A DNA stretch of 64,000 bases, from NCBI GenBank assembly GCA_002269645.1, contig NIVC01002842.1, positions 1 to 64,000 of the forward strand. The letters run 5' to 3'. The position numbers and the translations under genes are program-made. Shown here one piece after another: positions 25,701-35,771 of this stretch. Each line of letters begins with the position of its first letter. Within the stretch, counting starts at the first letter, position 1. The stretch is from Macrostomum lignano (lineage: Eukaryota). The notes beneath the pieces are model-generated. The model worked only from the letters and a program-made list of their open reading frames with translations, was not told where the DNA came from and ran no database searches.

Positions 25701-28700
25701 TCTGAATCGCATCGGACTGTTCGACGCCTCGGTGCTGACGTCGGTGGAGCAGGCGCGAGCCGCGCTGCAGCATTCAGCTAGACCCGGAGCGATGCAGCGA
25801 CTGAACGCGGAGCTGGCAGAGTACAAGCGCCGCCTTGATGAGATCACCGCAGCTGAACAGGCGGAAGCTGCAGCGCCAGAACAGGAGGAGGAAGAGCCAG
25901 AAGCTGAGCCGGTCGTCGAGGACGCGGCAATGAACGCGGCACTGTTTGACGCTACGATCGAGCGACTGGCGCGTCTGAATCGCATCGGACTGTTCGACGC
26001 CTCGGTGCTGACGTCGGTGGAGCAGGCGCGAGCCGCGCTGCAGCATTCAGCTAGACCCGGAGCGATGCAGCGACTGAACGCGGAGCTGGCAGAGTACAAG
26101 CGCCGCCTTGATGAGATCACCGCAGCTGAACAGGCGGAAGCTGCAGCGCCAGAACAGGAGGAGGAAGAGCCAGAAGCTGAGCCGGTCGTCGAGGACGCGG
26201 CAATGAACGCGGCACTGTTTGACGCTACGATCGAGCGACTGGCGCGTCTGAATCGCATCGGACTGTTCGACGCCTCGGTGCTGACGTCGGTGGAGCAGGC
26301 GCGAGCCGCGCTGCAGCATTCAGCTAGACCCGGAGCGATGCAGCGACTGAACGCGGAGCTGGCAGAGTACAAGCGCCGCCTTGATGAGATCACCGCAGCT
26401 GAACAGGCGGAAGCTGCAGCGCCAGAACAGGAGGAGGAAGAGCCAGAAGCTGAGCCGGTCGTCGAGGACGCGGCAATGAACGCGGCACTGTTTGACGCTA
26501 CGATCGAGCGACTGGCGCGTCTGAATCGCATCGGACTGTTCGACGCCTCGGTGCTGACGTCGGTGGAGCAGGCGCGAGCCGCGCTGCAGCATTCAGCTAG
26601 ACCCGGAGCGATGCAGCGACTGAACGCGGAGCTGGCAGAGTACAAGCGCCGCCTTGATGAGATCACCGCAGCTGAACAGGCGGAAGCTGCAGCGCCAGAA
26701 CAGGAGGAGGAAGAGCCAGAAGCTGAGCCGGTCGTCGAGGACGCGGCAATGAACGCGGCACTGTTTGACGCTACGATCGAGCGACTGGCGCGTCTGAATC
26801 GCATCGGACTGTTCGACGCCTCGGTGCTGACGTCGGTGGAGCAGGCGCGAGCCGCGCTGCAGCATTCAGCTAGACCCGGAGCGATGCAGCGACTGAACGC
26901 GGAGCTGGCAGAGTACAAGCGCCGCCTTGATGAGATCACCGCAGCTGAACAGGCGGAAGCTGCAGCGCCAGAACAGGAGGAGGAAGAGCCAGAAGCTGAG
27001 CCGGTCGTCGAGGACGCGGCAATGAACGCGGCACTGTTTGACGCTACGATCGAGCGACTGGCGCGTCTGAATCGCATCGGACTGTTCGACGCCTCGGTGC
27101 TGACGTCGGTGGAGCAGGCGCGAGCCGCGCTGCAGCATTCAGCTAGACCCGGAGCGATGCAGCGACTGAACGCGGAGCTGGCAGAGTACAAGCGCCGCCT
27201 TGATGAGATCACCGCAGCTGAACAGGCGGAAGCTGCAGCGCCAGAACAGGAGGAGGAAGAGCCAGAAGCTGAGCCGGTCGTCGAACGCGGCAATGACGCG
27301 GCACTCGAGCGACTGGCGCGTCTGAATCGCATCGGACTGTTCGACGCCTCGGTGCTGACGTCGGTGGAGCAGGCGCGAGCCGCGCTGCAGCATTCAGCTA
27401 GACCCGGAGCGATGCAGCGACTGAACGCGGAGCTGGCAGAGTACAAGCGCCGCCTTGATGAGATCACCGCAGCTGAACAGGCGGAAGCTGCAGCGCCAGA
27501 ACAGGAGGAGGAAGAGCCAGAAGCAGATGCTGAAGCATACATCCTCTCTGAAGCATTTGATGAAAATTTGACATCTTTTTCTAAACATTTTTATTCGACG
27601 GATTCCATGGTGTGCAGCATTGAACGGCTTTTGAGCGTTTTTGATTGGTTTCGTTATAGGGTTGATCGTGGTCTTACGGCATTTTGCTGCGTACTTCAGG
27701 CACAGTTTGTTGGAGCTGCCCTTCGACAGTTAGTGCGTCAGCTTCAACTAATGACTTCATTGTTTAGAGAGGATTTGGTTTGTGGTCCTGTTAAAGAAAT
27801 TCTTTTCGCGGTTCAGCAAGAACCTCTTTGGTCCGAGATTAGAAAGCGCAACGAGGCATCATTTTCATATCTCTCATTGTGGATTGAGAGGTTCGGTGAC
27901 GCGGATGTTGTTCCCGCAGACGCTGCTGTGTCGGTCTGCATTATTTTTCTGAGCAATATTTCTCAGCCGTGAAGACATTTCAGCGGTACGGTCAGTACTG
28001 GTCTGGCGTTCACGTATGTCTCCTGAAAATAAGTGAGACACTGCAGAGCCATATAACTGAAGCGTCTCGTAGTTACCGCGAACAGTGTTGGCTATTGAAA
28101 GATACGCCAGGCTAAGCAAATCTTTGACGAAATTCGAGTATGCTTTGCTAAAATCAATTCAATATATTGTTCAGGCGGACAAAAATCATCTTGAAGTCAT
28201 TCAGTGCGCTCTCTGCCGTATTCCAGTTCATCATCGTGAGTTAAGATATTTTTCGAAAGAAACGAGAGAAAAGCTACTTAAAGCGTATCTAAGTACCAAC
28301 TTTCAAGGCAACACTTGGCAAAAGTACGCGATGCTATTCGCTAAGGCAGACGAAATGTTAGACTGTCATATGCAAGATAAAAAGAAGGCTAGAGCGGCAA
28401 GAAGGTCTATTTTTCGAATGAAACAACTATTAAAGTACTTCACAACCGACTTCGATACAACAAAAACGTATATACTATCTACGGGAGTTTGGGAGCAACA
28501 AGACCGCACAGTCTCAAAACTACCTCAACTTGGGCCACTAATAGTCGAAATAGACAGCCATTCCGAAATCGCTGACGACCAGGTCCACCATCAAGGACTC
28601 GACGTTATTAATCCAACGAAAATGTCACTTAAGTTTGACACTTTAGAAGAGCTATTGAACGAGGAAGTGGCCAGACTGATGGCGGATCGACTGTCGCAGC

Positions 28701-31700
28701 TTAGAAGCATCGGAGGCCCGTTCGACAGCTCGGTCGTGACCTCGGTCGAGCAGTCGCGAGCGGCGCTGCAGCCAGATGCGACGCGAGTAGCGCTGCAGCG
28801 ACTCGACTCGGAGCTGGGCGAGTACAGACGTCGCGTAGACGAGAGAGGCGCCACGGCGGCCGCTTTAGCAGAGGACGAGAAAGAGGAAACGCAGGTGATA
28901 CCGGACGACGCAGCAGTAGTAGAACAACAGGCGCAGCCAGACAGGTCAATGAACGAGGAAGTGGCCAGACTGATGGCGGATCGACTGTCGCGGCTTAGAA
29001 GCATCGGAGGCCCGTTCGACAACTCGGTCGTGACCTCGGTCGAGCAGTCGCGAGCGGCGCTGCAGCCAGATGCGACGCGAGTAGCGCTGCAGCGACTCGA
29101 CTCGGAGCTGGGCGAGTACAGACGTCGCGTAGACGAGAGAGGCGCCACGGCGGCCGCTTTAGCAGAGGACGAGAAAGAGGAAACGCAGGTGATACCGGAC
29201 GACGCAGCAGTAGTAGAACAACAGGCGCAGCCAGACAGGTCAATGAACGAGGAAGTGGCCAGACTGATGGCGGATCGACTGTCGCGGCTTAGAAGCATCG
29301 GAGGCCCGTTCGACAACTCGGTCGTGACCTCGGTCGAGCAGTCGCGAGCGGCGCTGCAGCCAGATGCGACGCGAGTAGCGCTGCAGCGACTCGACTCGGA
29401 GCTGGGCGAGTACAGACGTCGCGTAGATGAGAGAGGCGCCCCGGCCGCTTTAGCAGAGGACGAGAAAGAGGAAACGCAGGGATACCGGACGACGCAGCAG
29501 TAGTAGAACAACAGGCGCAGCCAGACAGGTCAATGAACGAGGAAGTGGCCAGACTGATGGCGGATCGACTGTCGCGGCTTAGAAGCATCGGAGGCCCGTT
29601 CGACAACTCGGTCGTGACCTCGGTCGAGCAGTCGCGAGCGGCGCTGCAGCCAGATGCGACGCGAGTAGCGCTGCAGCGACTCGACTCGGAGCTGGGCGAG
29701 TACAGACGTCGCGTAGACGAGAGAGGCGCCACGGCGGCCGCTTTAGCAGAGGACGAGAAAGAGGAAACGCAGGTGATACCGGACGACGCAGCAGTAGTAG
29801 AACAACAGGCGCAGCCAGACAGGTCAATGAACGAGGAAGTGGCCAGACTGATGGCGGATCGACTGTCGCGGCTTAGAAGCATCGGAGGCCCGTTCGACAA
29901 CTCGGTCGTGACCTCGGTCGAGCAGTCGCGAGCGGCGCTGCAGCCAGATGCGACGCGAGTAGCGCTGCAGCGACTCGACTCGGAGCTGGGCGAGTACAGA
30001 CGTCGCGTAGATGAGAGAGGCGCCCGGCCGCTTTAGCAGAGGACGAGAAAGAGGAAGCGCAGGGATACCGGACGACGCAGCAGTAGTAGAACAACAGGCG
30101 CAGCCAGACAGGTCAATGAACGAGGAAGTGGCCAGACTCATGGCGGATCGACTGTCGCGGCTTAGAAGCATCGGAGGCCCGTTCGACAACTCGGTCGTGA
30201 CCTCGGTCGAGCAGTCGCGAGCGGCGCTGCAGCCAGATGCGACGCGAGTAGCGCTGCAGCGACTCGACTCGGAGCTGGGCGAGTACAGACGTCGCGTAGA
30301 TGAGAGAGGCGCCCGGCGGCCGCTTTAGCAGAGGACGAGAAAGAGGAAACGCAGGGATACCGGACGACGCAGCAGTAGTAGAACAACAGGCGCAGCCAGA
30401 CAGGTCAATGAACGAGGAAGTGGCCAGACTCATGGCGGATCGACTGTCGCGGCTTAGAAGCATCGGAGGCCCGTTCGACAACTCGGTCGTGACCTCGGTC
30501 GAGCAGTCGCGAGCGGCGCTGCAGCCAGATGCGACGCGAGTAGCGCTGCAGCGACTCGACTCGGAGCTGGGCGAGTACAGACGTCGCGTAGATGAGAGAG
30601 GCGCCCGGCCGCTTTAGCAGAGGACGAGAAAGAGGAAGCGCAGGGATACCGGACGACGCAGCAGTAGTAGAACAACAGGCGCAGCCAGACAGGTCAATGA
30701 ACGAGGAAGTGGCCAGACTGATGGCGGATCGACTGTCGCGGCTTAGAAGCATCGGAGGCCCGTTCGACAACTCGGTCGTGACCTCGGTCGAGCAGTCGCG
30801 AGCGGCGCTGCAGCCAGATGCGACGCGAGTAGCGCTGCAGCGACTCGACTCGGAGCTGGGCGAGTACAGACGTCGCGTAGATGAGAGAGGCGCCCGGCGG
30901 CCGCTTTAGCAGAGGACGAGAAAGAGGAAGCGCAGGGATACCGGACGACGCAGCAGTAGTAGAACAACAGGCGCAGCCAGACAGGTCAATGAACGAGGAA
31001 GTGGCCAGACTCATGGCGGATCGACTGTCGCGGCTTAGAAGCATCGGAGGCCCGTTCGACAACTCGGTCGTGACCTCGGTCGAGCAGTCGCGAGCGGCGC
31101 TGCAGCCAGATGCGACGCGAGTAGCGCTGCAGCGACTCGACTCGGAGCTGGGCGAGTACAGACGTCGCGTAGATGAGAGAGGCGCCCGGCCGCTTTAGCA
31201 GAGGACGAGAAAGAGGAAACGCAGGGATACCGGACGACGCAGCAGTAGTAGAACAACAGGCGCAGCCAGACAGGTCAATGAACGAGGAAGTGGCCAGACT
31301 CATGGCGGATCGACTGTCGCGGCTTAGAAGCATCGGAGGCCCGTTCGACAACTCGGTCGTGACCTCGGTCGAGCAGTCGCGAGCGGCGCTGCAGCCAGAT
31401 GCGACGCGAGTAGCGCTGCAGCGACTCGACTCGGAGCTGGGCGAGTACAGACGTCGCGTAGATGAGAGAGGCGCCCCGGCCGCTTTAGCAGAGGACGAGA
31501 AAGAGGAAACGCAGGGATACCGGACGACGCAGCAGTAGTAGAACAACAGGCGCAGCACAGACAGGTCAATGAACGAGGAAGTGGCCAGACTCATGGCGGA
31601 TCGACTGTCGCGGCTTAGAAGCATCGGAGGCCCGTTCGACAACTCGGTCGTGACCTCGGTCGAGCAGTCGCGAGCGGCGCTGCAGCCAGATGCGACGCGA

Positions 31701-34700
31701 GTAGCGCTGCAGCGACTCGACTCGGAGCTGGGCGAGTACAGACGTCGCGTAGATGAGAGAGGCGCCCCGGCCGCTTTAGCAGAGGACGAAGAAGAGGAAG
31801 CGCAGGGGATACCGGACGACGCAGCAGTAGTAGAACAACAGGCGCAGCCAGACAGGTCAATGAACGAGGAAGTGGCCAGACTCATGGCGGATCGACTGTC
31901 GCGGCTTAGAAGCATCGGAGGCCCGTTCGACAACTCGGTCGTGACCTCGGTCGAGCAGTCGCGAGCGGCGCTGCAGCCAGATGCGACGCGAGTAGCGCTG
32001 CAGCGACTCGACTCGGAGCTGGGCGAGTACAGACGTCGCGTAGATGAGAGAGGCGCCCCGGCGCTTTAGCAGAGGACGAGAAAGAGGAAGCGCAGGGGAT
32101 ACCGGACGACGCAGCAGTAGTAGAACAACAGGCGCAGCCAGACAGGTCAATGACGAGGAAGTGGCCAGACTCATGGCGGATCGACTGTCGCGGCTTAGAA
32201 GCATCGGAGGCCCGTTCGACAACTCGGTCGTGACCTCGGTCGAGCAGTCGCGAGCGGCGCTGCAGCCAGATGCGACGCGAGTAGCGCTGCAGCGACTCGA
32301 CTCGGAGCTGGGCGAGTACAGACGTCGCGTAGATGAAGAGGCGCCCGGCCGCTTTAGCAGAGGACGAGAAAGAGGAAGCGCAGGGATACCGGACGACGCA
32401 GCAGTAGTAGAACAACAGGCGCAGCCAGACAGGTCAATGAACGAGGAAGTGGCCAGACTCATGGCGATCGACTGTCGCGGCTTAGAAGCATCGGAGGCCC
32501 GTTCGACAACTCGGTCGTGACCTCGTCGAGCAGTCGCGAGCGGCGCTGCAGCCAGATGCGACGCGAGTAGCGCTGCAGCGACTCGACTCGGAGCTGGGCG
32601 AGTACAGACGTCGCGTAGATGAGAGAGGCGCCCGGCCGCTTTAGCAGAGGACGAGAAAGAGGAAGCGCAGGGGATACCGGACGACGCAGCAGTAGTAGAA
32701 CAACAGGCGCAGCCAGACAGGTCAATGAACGAGGAAGTGGCCAGACTCATGGCGGATCGACTGTCGCGGCTTAGAAGCATCGGAGGCCCGTCGACAACTC
32801 GGTCGTGACCTCGGTCGAGCAGTCGCGAGCGGCGGCTGCAGCCAGATGCGACGCGAGTAGCGCTGCAGCGACTCGACTCGGAGCTGGGCGAGTACAGACG
32901 TCGCGTAGATGAGAGAGGCGCCCCGGCCGCTTTAGCAGAGGACGAGAAAGAGGAAGCGCAGGGGATACCGGACGACGCAGAGTAGTAGAACAACAGGCGC
33001 AGCCAGACAGGTCAATGAACGAGGAAGTGGCCAGACTCATGGCGGATCGACTGTCGCGGCTTAGAAGCATCGGAGGCCCGTTCGACAACTCGGTCGTGAC
33101 TCGGTCGAGCAGTCGCGAGCGGCGCTGCAGCCAGATGCGACGCGAGTAGCGCTGCAGCGACTCGACTCGGAGCTGGGCGAGTACAGACGTCGCGTAGATG
33201 AGAGAGGCGCCCGGCCGCTTTAGCAGAGGACGAGAAAGAGGAAGCGCAGGGATACCGGACGACGCAGCAGTAGTAGAACAACAGGCGCAGCACAGACAGG
33301 TCAATGAACGAGGAAGTGCCAGACTCATGGCGGATCGACTGTCGCGGCTTAGAGCATCGGAGGCCCGTTCGACAACTCGGTCGTGACCTCGGTCGAGCAG
33401 TCGCGAGCGGCGCTGCAGCCAGATGCGACGCGAGTAGCGCTGCAGCGACTCGACTCGGAGCTGGGCGAGTACAGACGTCGCGTAGATGAGAGAGGCGCCC
33501 CGGCCGCTTTAGCAGAGGACGAGAAAGAGGAAGCGCAGGGGATACCGGACGACGCAGCAGTAGTAGAACAACAGGCGCAGCCAGACAGGTCAATGAACGA
33601 GGAAGTGGCCAGACTCATGGCGGATCGACTGTCGCGGCTTAGAAGCATCGGAGGCCCGTTCGACAACTCGGTCGTGACCTCGTCGAGCAGTCGCGAGCGG
33701 CGCTGCAGCCAGATGCGACGCGAGTAGCGCTGCAGCGACTCGACTCGGAGCTGGCGAGTACAGACGTCGCGTAGATGAGAGAGGCGCCCTGGCCGCTTTA
33801 GCAGAGGACGAGAAAGAGGAAGCGCAGGGGATACCGGACGACGCAGCAGTAGTAGAACAACAGGCGCAGCCAGACAGGTCAATGAACGAGGAAGTGGCCA
33901 GACTCATGGCGGATCGACTGTCGCGGCTTAGAAGCATCGGAGGCCCGTTCGACAACTCGGTCGTGACCTCGGTCGAGCAGTCGCGAGCGGCGCTGCAGCC
34001 AGATGCGACGCGAGTAGCGCTGCAGCGACTCGACTCGGAGCTGGCGAGTACAGACGTCGCGTAGATGAGAGAGGCGCCCCGGCCGCTTTAGCAAGAGGAC
34101 GAAGAAGAGGAAGCGCAGGGATACCGGACGACGCAGCAGTAGTAGAACAACTAGGCGCAGCCAGACAGGTCAATGAACGAGGAAGTGGCCAGACTCATGG
34201 CGGATCGACTGTCGCGGCTTAAGAAGCATCGGAGGCCCGTTCGACAACTCGGTCGTGACCTCGGTCGAGCAGTCGCGAGCGGCGCTGCAGCCAGATGCGA
34301 CGCGAGTAGCGCTGCAGCGACTCGACTCGGAGCTGGGCGAGTACAGACGTCGCGTAAGATGAGAGAGGCGCCCCGGCGTTTAGCAGAGGACGAGAAAGAG
34401 GAAGCGCAGGGATACCGGACGACGCAGCAGTAGTAGAACAACAGGCGCAGCCAGACAGGTCAATGAACGAGGAAGTGGCCAGACTCATGGCGGATCGACT
34501 GTCGCGGCTTAGAAGCATCGGAGGCCCGTTCGACAACTCGGTCGTGACCTCGTCGAGCAGTCGCGAGCGGCGCTGCAGCCAGATGCGACGCGAGTAGAGC
34601 GCTGCAGCGACTCGACTCGGAGCTGGGCGAGTACAGACGTCGCGTAGATGAGAGAGGCGCCCGCGGCCGCTTTAGCAGAGGACGAGAAAGAGGAAGCGCA

Positions 34701-35513
34701 GGGGATACCGGACGACGCAGCAGTAGTAGAACAACAGGCGCAGCCAGACAGGTCAGAACGAGGAAGTGGCCAGACTCATGGCGGATCGACTGTCGCGGCT
34801 TAGAAGCATCGGAGGCCCGTTCGACAACTCGGTCGTGACCTCGGTCGAGCAGTCGCGAGCGGCGCTGCAGCCAGATGCGACGCGAAGTAGCGCTGCAGCG
34901 ACTCGACTCGGAGCTGGGCGAGTACAGACGTCGCGTAGATGAAGAGAGGCGCGCCTGGCCGCTTTAGCAGAGGACGAGAAAGAGGAAGCGCAGGGGATAC
35001 CGGACGACGCAGCAGTAGTAGAACAACAGGCGCAGCCAGACAGGTCAATGAACGAGGAAGTGGCCAGACTCATGGCGGATCGACTGTCGCGGCTTAGAAG
35101 CATCGGAGGCCCGTTCGACAACTGCGGTCGTGACCTCGGTCGAGCAGTCGCGAGCCGCGCTGCAGCCAGATGCGACGCGAGTAGCGCTGCAGCGACTCGA
35201 CTCGGAGCTGGGCGAGTACAGACGTCGCGTAGATAAGAGAGGCGCCCCGGCCGCTTTAGCAGAGGACGAGAAAGAGAAGCGCAGGGGATACCGACGACGC
35301 AGCAGTAGTAGAACAACAGGCGCAGCCAGACAGGTCAATGAACGAGGAAGTGGCCAGACTCATGGCGGATCGACTGTCGCGGCTTAGAAGCATCGGAGGC
35401 CCGTTCGACAACTCGGTCGTGACCTCGGTCGAGCAGTCGCGAGCGGCGCTGCAGCCAGATGCGACGCGAGTAGCGCTGCAGCGACTCGACTCGGAGCTGG
35501 GCGAGTACAGACG
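7716..35513 (+). CDS. Giant intronless tandem-repeat protein (more than 9,000 aa, 3' end lost in the gap); ORF-track ORFs 7689-14690, 14614-27972 and 28085 onward are probably one gene broken by single-base deletions
   Basis: The first in-frame ATG is at 7716. The region holds three arrays of homologous units whose lengths are multiples of 3, separated by two homologous unique domains. U1/U2 similarity continues through shifted frames at about 14586, about 14720, about 27920 and about 28075. Confidence 0.72.
7743..13619 (+). repeat. Coding array R1: 354-bp (118-aa) unit x 16.6
   Basis: Shadow ORFs recur exactly every 354 bp (7743...13407). The units appear identical at nucleotide level on inspection. 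Confidence 0.97.
13620..14728 (+). other. Unique coding domain U1 (~370 aa, predicted alpha-helical, family unknown)
   Basis: Non-repetitive in-frame continuation of R1, homologous to U2 (WSWISERHTAEVAQISYWIE, YWHG, EAIQCSLLRIP, STWKKF, NYILSTGLW). Confidence 0.8.
14729..27524 (+). repeat. Coding array R2: 273-bp (91-aa) unit x ~47
   Basis: ATG AAC recurs at 14737+273n up to 27022 (46 standard units), followed by a last unit that is 18 bp shorter. The units appear identical on inspection. Confidence 0.97.
27525..28655 (+). other. Unique coding domain U2 (~375 aa), paralog of U1
   Basis: WSEIRKRNEASFSYLSLWIE (frame 1), QYWSG (frame 3, position 27993), and EVIQCALCRIP, NTWQKY, TYILSTGVW (frame 2). 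It runs in frame into array R3. Confidence 0.8.
28656..35513 (+). repeat. Coding array R3: 294/291-bp (98/97-aa) unit x ~23, truncated by the gap
   Basis: The first units repeat at exactly 294 bp (shadow ORFs 28701, 28995). Later units carry increasing 1-nt indels, mostly in G/C runs. Confidence 0.93.
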
Positions 35514-35771
35514 NNNNNNNNNNNNNNNNNNNNNNNNNNNNNNNNNNNNNNNNNNNNNNNNNNNNNNNNNNNNNNNNNNNNNNNNNNNNNNNNNNNNNNN
35601 NNNNNNNNNNNNNNNNNNNNNNNNNNNNNNNNNNNNNNNNNNNNNNNNNNNNNNNNNNNNNNNNNNNNNNNNNNNNNNNNNNNNNNNNNNNNNNNNNNNN
35701 NNNNNNNNNNNNNNNNNNNNNNNNNNNNNNNNNNNNNNNNNNNNNNNNNNNNNNNNNNNNNNNNNNNNNNN
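35514..35771. other. Assembly gap (258 N)
   Basis: Run of N. Confidence 1.

Noticed and set aside
7699-27542. Very long antisense ORFs (7699-13620, 1973 aa; 14694-27542, 4282 aa) and the many short periodic ORFs
   Set aside because: These are shadows of stop-free repeat units. They end at the array edges, are Ser/Arg/Ala-biased, and their protein sequences are not conserved between the homologous arrays, unlike the plus-strand frame.
14580-28115. Programmed -1 ribosomal frameshifting between the giant ORFs
   Set aside because: I found no canonical X XXY YYZ slippery site at most of the breaks. The breaks occur at non-equivalent positions in U1 and U2, and the same missing-base error appears in TUBE1. 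Assembly error is more parsimonious, though not excluded without reads.
7716-35513. Identification with known giant repeat proteins (titin/nesprin types, mucins, flatworm adhesive proteins)
   Set aside because: No Ig, FN3, spectrin, vWF, C-type lectin or EGF domains, no Lys/Arg-rich or Thr/Ser O-glycosylation-type repeats, and no signal peptide are recognisable.
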